From a virus: a DNA stretch of 64,000 bases. A model generated the notes under the pieces. The model ran no database searches, was not told where the DNA came from, and saw only the letters and a list, made by a program, of their open reading frames with translations. Numbering within the stretch: the first letter of the stretch is position 1; the number at the start of each line of letters is the position of its first letter. Positions 10,262 to 19,371 of this stretch are shown here, one piece after another. The stretch lies in the IMG/VR virus record IMGVR_UViG_3300042534_000747, one strand, 5' to 3'. The position numbers and the translations under genes are program-made.

Positions 10262-10588
10262 TTAATTAACTTCTAAATCTCTTTTTATGCCTTTGCTTAT
10301 AGCATTATACATTTCATCGATTTCATCTTTTTCTTCAACTATTGTGAAAACTAACTCAATATCATGCTTTTCTGCAATTTTTTGAATCATTCCAGATTTA
10401 AGAGCATAAAAGTTTTCAACATAACCTAATTTCAAATCAGTCTGTTTAGAGTGGAATTTTACAATAGGTGCTCCTAATTTGTATATTAAGTATGCAAGTA
10501 CACTCATTAGTAGTAGACTGCCAACTGAACCAATTATTGTAGCAGTTGTTTTATCAGTTGTTATATATTCGATTGTTTCAAATACCAT
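10262..10588 (-). CDS. single-TM membrane protein
   Basis: hydrophobic stretch IIGSVGSLLLMSVLAYLIY. Confidence 0.65.
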   Translation of the reverse strand: MVFETIEYITTDKTTATIIGSVGSLLLMSVLAYLIYKLGAPIVKFHSKQTDLKLGYVENFYALKSGMIQKIAEKHDIELVFTIVEEKDEIDEMYNAISKGIKRDLEVN

Positions 10589-10649
10589 TTTTATTCACAA
10601 AAATTAATTAGTTACGGTATATATAAATGTATTTGTAATTAAAAGAATA

Positions 10650-10832
10650 TTAGAGTGATAATGCAATATCACGCTCAATTTCTTGTTTTTGACTGGTTCT
10701 TGTTTTAGCATACTTATTATGATTTTTACAATAATGACAATTTCCCATACATACTTGCATATATGGATGATAAAAGAAATATGGATTATTCATAGCCTGT
10801 TCAGAATTGTAGATTCTTTTAGTTCTGCTCAT
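10650..10832 (-). CDS. small Cys/His protein
   Basis: CMGNCHYC. Confidence 0.55.
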   Translation of the reverse strand: MSRTKRIYNSEQAMNNPYFFYHPYMQVCMGNCHYCKNHNKYAKTRTSQKQEIERDIALSL

Positions 10833-11143
10833 AGTATCTATTCCAAATGAAGTAGGAAGAGTGAAAACACGGAGGAACGCAAAACTCTTCCATAATTATA
10901 ATGATTATCAGATATATTTAAAGCTATTGCTAAAATAAAGATAGTATTAAATATTATTAATACCATTTGTAGACTTGTAAAATTGATAAAGGATAATACT
11001 ATTATGAATGATTGGGATAATTTTGGTTATGATTCAGATGAAGCATGTATAATATGTGGTATGAAGCCAACTAAATTAGAACCTAGATTTTGTTATAGTG
11101 TTTGTGAAAATCATTATAAAATAAAACCTGTGGATGTAAAAAA

Positions 11144-11626
11144 ATGAACAAAATTGTTAATTTGGATAATGAAAAATTTTTAGTTGAAAACATTCATTAT
11201 AAGAATCATGATGAAATTATTAATATGTTATCAACTGATGATATGCATTTATTGAAGTTGAGAAAAACACTTTCAAAAGACATTGTTGTATTTAAACAAA
11301 CTTTGGTTTATAGAGGTATAACAATGGATTTAAAAATAAATGAAATTATTGAATTTACATTTGATGAAATTGTAAGTTTTGATTATTTGAAAGATTGCAA
11401 TCCATTTTATAGTTTAGTCATAACAAATGATTATTTTACAAGAAGGGTGAATTCATATCAAGGTGACGGATTAACAGTATCATATTTGTGTAAAAATGAT
11501 AGTGATAGTTTTTATCCAAAACGAAATTTTATTGGAAGAGATAAATTGATAACAAATATGCAAAATGAAATAGATGAAATGATTAATAAAATGAAATGTT
11601 ATATTGGAAGTGGTTTAAATTTTTAA
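11144..11626 (+). CDS. hypothetical protein
   Basis: 160-aa ORF. Confidence 0.65.
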   Translation: MNKIVNLDNEKFLVENIHYKNHDEIINMLSTDDMHLLKLRKTLSKDIVVFKQTLVYRGITMDLKINEIIEFTFDEIVSFDYLKDCNPFYSLVITNDYFTRRVNSYQGDGLTVSYLCKNDSDSFYPKRNFIGRDKLITNMQNEIDEMINKMKCYIGSGLNF

Positions 11627-11827
11627 TTTTTCATTAATCATTGGTATATTGTTGTTCTTTAATATATGATTTCCTAAAATTTTAGGAAATTCAGGGAATC
11701 GTTCTTTACATTGAAGTGCAATGCCTTTACCCATTACACATTCACCTTTTACATTTATATAACCATTAGTAGTTATGCATATATAATCTTCAGAACTTTC
11801 CCAAATATCACCTGTTTTTTCAATCAT
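11615..11827 (-). pseudogene. truncated macro-domain (Appr-1-p processing-like) protein
   Basis: GDIW...ITTNG...MGKGIALQCKERFP, but ends at 70 aa. Confidence 0.65.
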
Positions 11828-12087
11828 GCTTCCTCAATGTTAAAATGGTCATTAAGTATTTCATTGAAACCATTTTTAATTAGCCAATTGTAAGCTTCAT
11901 CTTCAGTTAAAGGTTTTATTTTACCTTCCAATGTGTTACTGTCAATGATTTCATATTCAAAAAATCTACCATTTTTTGTTTTATATAATCCTTCACTACT
12001 GTAAAAATCATATTCTGAAAATTTTACAATTTGTTCAGCATTATATATTGAATATCTTAAACTATTTATTATTTGTTCTGTTGGCAT
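11824..12087 (-). CDS. hypothetical phage protein
   Basis: LYKTKNGRFF...PLTEDEAYNW pattern. Confidence 0.6.
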   Translation of the reverse strand: MPTEQIINSLRYSIYNAEQIVKFSEYDFYSSEGLYKTKNGRFFEYEIIDSNTLEGKIKPLTEDEAYNWLIKNGFNEILNDHFNIEEA

Positions 12088-12539
12088 TCAAATCCCTCTA
12101 ATTTGTAAACTGAAAGTCCTGCTTCAACAAGTAAATCAAGAGATTCTTTATCAGGGTAATCATTTATATAAAGTACCTCTTTAATTCCGGCATTAATTAT
12201 TAATTTTGCACAAAGAATGCAAGGTTGGCAATTTATGTATATAGTTGCACCATCACATGCATGACCATGTTTTGCACATTGAACTATTGCATTTTGTTCT
12301 GCATGAACTGCAAGGCATTTTTCATGTTGAGTTCCTGAAGGGATATTCTCTTTATCTCTAAGACAAAAGGTGTCAATACAGTGAGGGATGTTTGAAGGTG
12401 CTCCATTAAAGCCTGTAGCAATGATATTTTTATCTTTTACTATTACTGCACCTATATTACGTCTGATGCATGTAGAACGCTTAGAAACAGTATTTGCAAT
12501 TTCCATAAAGTAATCATCTAATGATATACGTTTTGACAT
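12069..12539 (-). CDS. dCMP deaminase (ComEB-like)
   Basis: STC.RR.IGAV, GFNG.P, HAEQNA, PCILC. Confidence 0.92.
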   Translation of the reverse strand: MSKRISLDDYFMEIANTVSKRSTCIRRNIGAVIVKDKNIIATGFNGAPSNIPHCIDTFCLRDKENIPSGTQHEKCLAVHAEQNAIVQCAKHGHACDGATIYINCQPCILCAKLIINAGIKEVLYINDYPDKESLDLLVEAGLSVYKLEGFECQQNK

Positions 12540-12582
12540 AAGTAAGTAGATGGTTCTGATATTATAAAAAAGTAATGGATAT

Positions 12583-13005
12583 TTAGATTTTATCCATTAT
12601 TGAATTTTTAATTGTGTAAATTGGAATGCCATTATATAGATATAATGTAAAATCGCTATCTATTGGTTGTTTTTCCAATGTAAAATTAGATATATCATCA
12701 ATTAATTCATTAATGTAATTTGCTAATGAGTGACATCTTTTTTGCATATCTTTTAATATATATTCTTGTTCATTAAGTATTGATTTATCTTCATTCAAAA
12801 TGTGATTCTTTCTAAGGAATTTTGGATTTGTGTAATATTTATCTGTTTTTAATTCATCAGTAATTTGTTTTGAAGATTCCATGTTTATTTTGTAATCAGA
12901 AATCATATTTTCCAATTGTCCTAGCGATAATTTTAGAGTTAAGTATCTGTAATGACGCTGTTCTAAAATTTCAAAAGCCATTCTAATATCTGCATCTATT
13001 TTCAT
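12583..13005 (-). CDS. hypothetical protein
   Basis: 140-aa ORF. Confidence 0.65.
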   Translation of the reverse strand: MKIDADIRMAFEILEQRHYRYLTLKLSLGQLENMISDYKINMESSKQITDELKTDKYYTNPKFLRKNHILNEDKSILNEQEYILKDMQKRCHSLANYINELIDDISNFTLEKQPIDSDFTLYLYNGIPIYTIKNSIMDKI

Positions 13006-13031
13006 AATAACACCATGAATTTTTTAATTGA

Positions 13032-13679
13032 TTATAATAATGCATTAAAATAATCTAAATTTTCTGAAATCACTTCATAAGTTTCATTAAGTTCAGGAAT
13101 TCCTTTATTTAATAAATAATCAATATCATTCATTATATTTTCAATTAATGATATAACAATTCCATCAAACCTATTTACACTAGTTTTAAATGTGTATTTA
13201 TAATGATAAAAAGTACTAGCAACATCATATGAATCTATATAATAAGATTCTACTAAACATTTTTTATCATTATATCCACTTGAATCTCCAAAAATTCTAT
13301 ATATTTTAGCTTGTAATTCTCTATCAGATAATGATATTGTAAATGTTGGATATTTATCTGAAACATATTCACAATATATTTCATCATTATTAATTTTTGT
13401 TTCAATTTTTTCAAATACTCTTAATGTAAATTCAATACCTCTATAAATCATATTTTGATGAAATACAGGAATATCAAATATTTCAAAATTTTTCTTTTCA
13501 AATATTTTCATATGTTCAGGACTTTGCTTGATAAAATCTGCAACATCATTTAGAGATACATATTTTATATTATCAAATGATATGTTGAATTTTTTTGTTA
13601 TTTCTATAATAGAATCATTTTGATTTTTGATTTTTCTAAATGATTCAATATCACCAACTACATAATCATCAAATGTCAA
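13032..13679 (-). CDS. hypothetical protein
   Basis: 215-aa ORF. Confidence 0.7.
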   Translation of the reverse strand: MTFDDYVVGDIESFRKIKNQNDSIIEITKKFNISFDNIKYVSLNDVADFIKQSPEHMKIFEKKNFEIFDIPVFHQNMIYRGIEFTLRVFEKIETKINNDEIYCEYVSDKYPTFTISLSDRELQAKIYRIFGDSSGYNDKKCLVESYYIDSYDVASTFYHYKYTFKTSVNRFDGIVISLIENIMNDIDYLLNKGIPELNETYEVISENLDYFNALL

Positions 13680-14010
13680 TTACCCACCATCCTTTTTTAA
13701 TGTAAGATTCAATTGATTCTTTTGCATTTTTAATTATTCTATTGAATTTTGCAGTTTCATATTCATTGAATAAAAATTCAGTTCCACGTATTACATCAAT
13801 TCTTTCAATTTTATTGTTTTTAAATTGATATACTGCAAAACCATTTAATTTTTTCAAATTTCTAATTTCTGAATAATATAGGATTGCAAATGATTCACCT
13901 TTTTTGTGGATTGTTTCAATTGATTCAAGAATGATGTTACTGTATATTTTCATTTCTTCATTGAATATTTCTTCACATTCACTTGTAAAATTACTCACTG
14001 GTATCACCAC
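13669..14010 (-). CDS. hypothetical protein
   Basis: 113-aa ORF in operon. Confidence 0.65.
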   Translation of the reverse strand: MVIPVSNFTSECEEIFNEEMKIYSNIILESIETIHKKGESFAILYYSEIRNLKKLNGFAVYQFKNNKIERIDVIRGTEFLFNEYETAKFNRIIKNAKESIESYIKKGWWVIDI

Positions 14011-14422
14011 TCAACAATTCTGGATTTGCGTGTATGTTGCCTATGATTCTGTAAAATTTAAAATCAAGGTTATGAATAGTATCTATTGAATATCCACCTA
14101 CAAATTTACCATATGGGATGAATATAGCTTTATATCTACCATGTTCAAACATAATTCTGTATCTAATATGGGTTATTGTGTATTCAATTATGAAATCATT
14201 GTAAATTTCATTGTTGTCACAATCATTACATCCAGTGTACTGCATTACTTTTGTATTTGGATTTTCTAAACCTAATTCATCCCAACCTACATAACAACCA
14301 TCTTCAAAATCAAAATCTTCTCTGTCTTGTAAATTCCCAAGAGTAAAAGGCAGTGTTAAACCGCCTGATATTTCATCAAAATTTTTAAATGTTTTATAAG
14401 CTATAAATTTCATATTATCCAT
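13991..14422 (-). CDS. YopX family protein
   Basis: MQYTG..D....EIY and IIGNIHANPELL. Confidence 0.8.
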   Translation of the reverse strand: MDNMKFIAYKTFKNFDEISGGLTLPFTLGNLQDREDFDFEDGCYVGWDELGLENPNTKVMQYTGCNDCDNNEIYNDFIIEYTITHIRYRIMFEHGRYKAIFIPYGKFVGGYSIDTIHNLDFKFYRIIGNIHANPELLSGDTSE

Positions 14423-15744
14423 TATATCACCATATTTGCAAGTATTTTTATTCCTTCTTCTTTTGTTGTAAATATTCTTTCAAGTTGCATTTCAAATAAT
14501 TCATCTTTGATTTTGCCTATTTCTTTACCTTTGAATCCAAATACAAGTATATCATGACCATTTAGCAAAGGTTTTTCTACTTCCATAAGATTTTTGAAAT
14601 CTTGCTTTATCCATTCTATTCTATTAAGGTCAAGTTTTCTCATAGATATATCTGCTATGTGAAGTGCAAATAGACTATTCCAATGCTCATGTTCAAAAAG
14701 TTGCCTTCTTTTTCCAGTACGCATATTTTCAAAATTATGCATCTTCATGTGGTTTTTTATCACGAATTTTGCTTTATTTATTAATTCATTAGATAGTTTG
14801 AAATTTCTAAATATTTTTTCAACTTCTTCAGCACCTATATTATCATGATTGTGAAATGAAGTGCCTACTTGTGTAAATCTTTTACCATCATCATGAAATA
14901 GTGTTATTAGACATAGGTCAAAATCTATTTCTATATCTATAAAATTTTGGATTGATTCAGTTATGAATTTAAGGCAAAGCATATCATGATTAAATAAAGT
15001 TATTTCAGGGTGATGAAGTGGATTCTGTTCAATTGATTTGTGCATTTCTATTTCAGGAAATATTTTAGGAAGTAGATTGAACTCATCAAGTAATTGAACT
15101 GTCCTGAAAGCATTTATACTAAACATTATTTCTAATTCTTTCATGATTCTTTCAATGCTGACTTCAGTGAGGTCTACATGTTTTAATGCTTCTCCTAGAT
15201 TCTCTTCTATAACCATTCCATCTATAAGGGCAAATCTGATAGCTCTCAAAGCTCTCAAAGAGTCCTCTGCTAAACGTTCAACTGGATTGCCTACTGCACG
15301 TATTACACGGTTTTCTATATCTTTTACACCATCAAATAGGTCTATTATTTCACCATCTGCATTCATCAAAATTGTATTTATTGTAAAATCACGTCTACTG
15401 ACATCTTCTTTTATATCAGTTGTAAATTCAACACCTTTAAAATCTTCAATATTGGATTTTTCACCTTTTTTAAGTTTTATTGCGCCACAATGTCTACCTT
15501 TTACAATATCTTTTCTCATTGTGGTTATTTCTACAAAACCTGCATCAGAAGTCTTTATAACAAGTGTACCAAATTTTTCACCAAGATTATGATGGATAGG
15601 CACTAATTTTTTAACTTCAGTTGGTGTAAGTGGAGTTACAACATCCCAATCTTTGATAGGCAAGTTCAGCAATTTATTTCTAATTGCACCACCTACAACA
15701 AAACTATTGGTTTTTTGGAGTAATTCATTAAGAGTTATTGACAT
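14422..15744 (-). CDS. cca: class II CCA-adding tRNA nucleotidyltransferase with HD domain
   Basis: VGGAIR, DWD, RRDFTIN, EDSLR, HD domain (LFHDDGK); ATG 15744 behind SD. Confidence 0.88.
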   Translation of the reverse strand: MSITLNELLQKTNSFVVGGAIRNKLLNLPIKDWDVVTPLTPTEVKKLVPIHHNLGEKFGTLVIKTSDAGFVEITTMRKDIVKGRHCGAIKLKKGEKSNIEDFKGVEFTTDIKEDVSRRDFTINTILMNADGEIIDLFDGVKDIENRVIRAVGNPVERLAEDSLRALRAIRFALIDGMVIEENLGEALKHVDLTEVSIERIMKELEIMFSINAFRTVQLLDEFNLLPKIFPEIEMHKSIEQNPLHHPEITLFNHDMLCLKFITESIQNFIDIEIDFDLCLITLFHDDGKRFTQVGTSFHNHDNIGAEEVEKIFRNFKLSNELINKAKFVIKNHMKMHNFENMRTGKRRQLFEHEHWNSLFALHIADISMRKLDLNRIEWIKQDFKNLMEVEKPLLNGHDILVFGFKGKEIGKIKDELFEMQLERIFTTKEEGIKILANMVI

Positions 15745-15748
15745 TTTT

Positions 15749-15810
15749 AACACCTACAATGATATAATAGGTGTTAATGATATATAAATGTTTGTAAAAA
15801 AAGGAAAAAA
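15749..15810 (-). promoter_or_regulatory. terminator/promoter/palindrome/SD cassette
   Basis: TTCCTTTTTTT-ACAAACATTTATATA-AACACCTA-N11-TAGGTGTT. Confidence 0.8.
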
Positions 15811-15836
15811 ATTACTTCTTTGTTATATTGAAATTT

Positions 15837-16367
15837 TTAAGAAGTATTTCCATTATCATTTAATATATCAATATTAAATTTTTTAAATTTATTGAACATC
15901 TCTTTAATTTCAAGACCAAATGTTTTTAATTCACTTGAATTATAAGCAGTTGTTTTAAAGGTAATATCATCGATTTGAATTTCATAAATATTGTGATAAT
16001 ATAATGTAGTATCAGTTTCAAAATCAAGTGCTTTTTCTTCTATAAGAGTGACTGAAGCATCCGATTCATGAATATAAAGGTCACATTTAAGAGTATTAGA
16101 ATATTTATCTTTTCCCTTTGAAATAATAAAATTACCATCAAATGAAAAATCAATTTTTCTTTTAAATGATGGTTCATGTATTTTAAAAGAAATTATATCT
16201 TCTTTGAATGGCATTATTTTTTCAAACCATCCAGAAGAAGTTTCATATATAATTCCTTCTGTATTGAAAATATGAATTGAATTAATTTCGTAAATTTTAT
16301 TATTTACATTTACAAAACATAGTCTGAATATATTTGAATTTGTACTAACTATAATTTTTTTAAACAT
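15837..16367 (-). CDS. hypothetical protein
   Basis: 176-aa ORF behind cassette. Confidence 0.7.
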   Translation of the reverse strand: MFKKIIVSTNSNIFRLCFVNVNNKIYEINSIHIFNTEGIIYETSSGWFEKIMPFKEDIISFKIHEPSFKRKIDFSFDGNFIISKGKDKYSNTLKCDLYIHESDASVTLIEEKALDFETDTTLYYHNIYEIQIDDITFKTTAYNSSELKTFGLEIKEMFNKFKKFNIDILNDNGNTS

Positions 16368-16372
16368 TTTTT

Positions 16373-16435
16373 AACACCTACAAGGATATAATAGGTGTTA
16401 ATGATATATAAATGTTTATTAAAAAAAGGAAAATT
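16373..16435 (-). promoter_or_regulatory. terminator/promoter/palindrome/SD cassette
   Basis: near-identical to 15749 copy. Confidence 0.8.
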
Positions 16436-16808
16436 AACAAACTTGCATTTGTGTTGGTTTATTGAAATAATTTGTTTCCATTGTTTTAATAATTGGTTCA
16501 ACTGCTTTTCTCTGAAGAACTTTAAGTTTATAATTTGCAAAATCCAAACATGATTCAAAATTGAAATTTTCAAACTTATTTACTGGAATGAACATATGTT
16601 TATCATTGTTGTATATGGTAATGTTTAATTTGTCACTGATATTGTTTTTAATTAATTCAGAAACCATATCTTTGTTGATGAATATTAAAGTACCTCTTTT
16701 AGTTTCTGAAAGTACAATATTTTCTGCATTTCCAGTTTTAAGATATGTTTCAATATTTTCCATTAGTGAGATAAAGTTTTGTTTATTTTCAATCTTTTCT
16801 GTAATCAT
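16434..16808 (-). CDS. hypothetical protein
   Basis: 124-aa ORF, GGTGA SD. Confidence 0.65.
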   Translation of the reverse strand: MITEKIENKQNFISLMENIETYLKTGNAENIVLSETKRGTLIFINKDMVSELIKNNISDKLNITIYNNDKHMFIPVNKFENFNFESCLDFANYKLKVLQRKAVEPIIKTMETNYFNKPTQMQVC

Positions 16809-17003
16809 TTAATCACCTGTTATATACTGTTGATATTGCACATATGAACATTATAAATAAATATACCATTGTCATTAATAATATCATTATATTTTTATTA
16901 ATTTAAGACACCATTCAATTGATGGGCGTTATGTTATTTAAATGTTTGCCAAAATAAGAGAATTGTTATCTAAATGTAAATGAATTTAGATAACTTTTTA
17001 AAA

Positions 17004-17327
17004 TTAATATTCTAGTTCTTTATAGAGTTCGTTTGTTATATCATCAAGTATTTCATCAAAATTCCCATTGATTTCCATCAAAGTATCCCATGTATAAATG
17101 TAATTTCTACCTTTCAATTTAAAATCAATATCGTTGTAAATTTTACCATCATACCCATGATACATTAGTACATCTGCAATTTTACTAGTAATTATGATTC
17201 CAGAATGTTCTTCTGTATTTATTATGTTAAGAAAATCTCCTAGTTCATCAGGATTAATGTTTGATTTCTTTACAAGAATTGTATAATCTATCATTGTTTT
17301 AAATATTTCAATTAAATCTTCATCCAT
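17004..17327 (-). CDS. acidic hypothetical protein
   Basis: 107-aa ORF, GGAG SD. Confidence 0.65.
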   Translation of the reverse strand: MDEDLIEIFKTMIDYTILVKKSNINPDELGDFLNIINTEEHSGIIITSKIADVLMYHGYDGKIYNDIDFKLKGRNYIYTWDTLMEINGNFDEILDDITNELYKELEY

Positions 17328-17475
17328 TGTTTAGCAATCTCCATGTTTTATAAAATATTTTTTTATAAAGATTGGTTATCTTCATTCTCATTTTGAGAAC
17401 TGCAAGACAATGAATGTACCTAATTATATAAAAGGATTATGCAAAAATGAGAACATAAAAAAGAAAAAGGAGAAA

Positions 17476-18354
17476 TTAATTAATGAATATGTTGATTTTT
17501 TTGATTATATCATCAATGTTAAATGGTTTTTGCCATAATACCATAGTTGATTTCTTTTCACAATAACTTATTTCATCATTGTTCATTGTTATTATTTGTG
17601 CTTCATTACCTGTAATTCCAGTTATAATAGCGGTTGTTCCTGTACCTGTGCTCATTTGAAAACCATATGAATCTAAAAGTTCATTTGATAAATAATCTCT
17701 TCTATCTGCATCAAATAATTGAATTGTTACATCTATTGTATTATCAAAATTGTTAGTTACTGTAGATGATACAGGTGTAACTTCAGGTGCTTCTTTATAA
17801 AGTTTAACATCTGATACGAAATCAATAGCTAAAACTTCATCAACTAAACTAGGTTGGAATCTATATACATATGCATTTGTAGATATGTATGTATATCTGT
17901 AAATAAAGCCCATGTATGCCATTTGGTCTTTCATATCATCTGTTGTTGTGCTAGTGAAATAAACAACATAATATGTATCAAGGTATGGACTATTGGATAC
18001 TGAATATATTGGCAAATATGCATATTCAGGATTGTCTATAATTGGTTCTTCCTCTTCAGGTTCTTCAATAGGTTCAGAAGTGTCTATAACAGGGTCAGGA
18101 ATAGGGTCAGGAATAGTGTCAGGGATTATGTCACTTATTGTATCATTTTCAAATTCTGTTGAGTTTAATTTGTCATTTAGAATGATATCTGAAAGAACAT
18201 CGAAAAATGAATCAGTCATAGTATCATTAGTTGAATTATTTTTAATCTGAACTTCTTTTAATAAATTAACTATGAAGAATGAACTGATTAAAATAATTAA
18301 TATTAAGGATGAAGAGATAATTTGTTTTTTGTATTTTTTAAAATATTTTGACAT
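17476..18354 (-). CDS. membrane-anchored protein with subtilase (S8)-propeptide-like domains, no catalytic domain
   Basis: N-terminal TM, Pro/acidic linker, YYVVYF...YISTNAYVY...V..IDFVSDV.LY. Confidence 0.5.
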   Translation of the reverse strand: MSKYFKKYKKQIISSSLILIILISSFFIVNLLKEVQIKNNSTNDTMTDSFFDVLSDIILNDKLNSTEFENDTISDIIPDTIPDPIPDPVIDTSEPIEEPEEEEPIIDNPEYAYLPIYSVSNSPYLDTYYVVYFTSTTTDDMKDQMAYMGFIYRYTYISTNAYVYRFQPSLVDEVLAIDFVSDVKLYKEAPEVTPVSSTVTNNFDNTIDVTIQLFDADRRDYLSNELLDSYGFQMSTGTGTTAIITGITGNEAQIITMNNDEISYCEKKSTMVLWQKPFNIDDIIKKINIFIN

Positions 18355-18636
18355 GCATAATATTATATTTTAGTAGTATATAAATATATTGTTGAAAGTT
18401 ATTATAAAAACGTTTATATATAATCGAGAATATTTATGTAGGAATGATTAATTTTGTACATGATAAGTATGTATTTTTGAAAAGTAAATATATTAGAAGG
18501 GATTATCTGTATGTATTTATTGCAAATTTTGCATGTGTATTTTTTATCATTTTTGCAATTTTATTAATTATATATATGGTTCTGCATATAATTGATTCAA
18601 TATGGTCTTTATTTTAGTAAAAATGTTTATATATAA

Positions 18637-18951
18637 TTGAATAATTATTGTAGTATGCATAAAATGGGTAGATTTTTTTGGAAAATTATTGATATATTGT
18701 CATATGTTTTGCCTTTTAAATTAATGGTTTGGATTTATATAAAAATAGGTTCTACAGGCATTTATACCATTAAAATTAAGAATGAAGATGAATTTGAAAA
18801 AATGGAATTTGTATACACATATAATGGATATTGTGTTTCAATGACAAAAAAATTAGAAGCAAGATTAGAAAGAAAAGCAAGAATGAAGAAACTTAAAAAA
18901 TTAAATGATGAACTTAGAAGTTTGGAGAATAAAGATGAAGTACACTATTGA
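18637..18951 (+). CDS. hypothetical protein
   Basis: 104-aa ORF. Confidence 0.55.
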   Translation: MNNYCSMHKMGRFFWKIIDILSYVLPFKLMVWIYIKIGSTGIYTIKIKNEDEFEKMEFVYTYNGYCVSMTKKLEARLERKARMKKLKKLNDELRSLENKDEVHY

Positions 18952-19366
18952 GGATTATATTAGTATTTCTTCTGATTCATATATGGTATTGAAAAAATAT
19001 TATGAAGAAAATCAAGATGAATATTGTGAAGTAAATAATTTTATAAAAGTTTTACAAATTAAAAAAAGGCAAGATTTTATATATGATTATGATAGATTTT
19101 TTGATGGTAAATTTGATTGGAGAAAAAAGTTGGCATTTTGGTTATTAAAGCCTTATTTAAAAAATTATTTAAGAAATTGTACTGCTGATATTAAAACTTC
19201 ACATCATAAATATGATGATTATGACTATGATGATTATATTGCAGATGGTGAGGGATGGGAATTAGGCAAAGGATGGTATTTATTATTTGATATTACTGCT
19301 GATAAAAGTAAAAATATAGAGAAAGTTAAAAAGGAAATTGAAGAGATAGAAAAGAAATTAAAATGA
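18905..19366 (+). CDS. hypothetical protein
   Basis: ORF; true start likely MKYTIED downstream of track start. Confidence 0.6.
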   Translation: MMNLEVWRIKMKYTIEDYISISSDSYMVLKKYYEENQDEYCEVNNFIKVLQIKKRQDFIYDYDRFFDGKFDWRKKLAFWLLKPYLKNYLRNCTADIKTSHHKYDDYDYDDYIADGEGWELGKGWYLLFDITADKSKNIEKVKKEIEEIEKKLK

Positions 19367-19371
19367 TGGGA

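Noticed and set aside
18090-18126. Borg-like tandem repeat arrays (12-bp here; 18-bp near 36985; 42-bp near 62251)
   Set aside because: Only 2-3 imperfect in-frame copies encoding linkers or heptads, not long perfect arrays.
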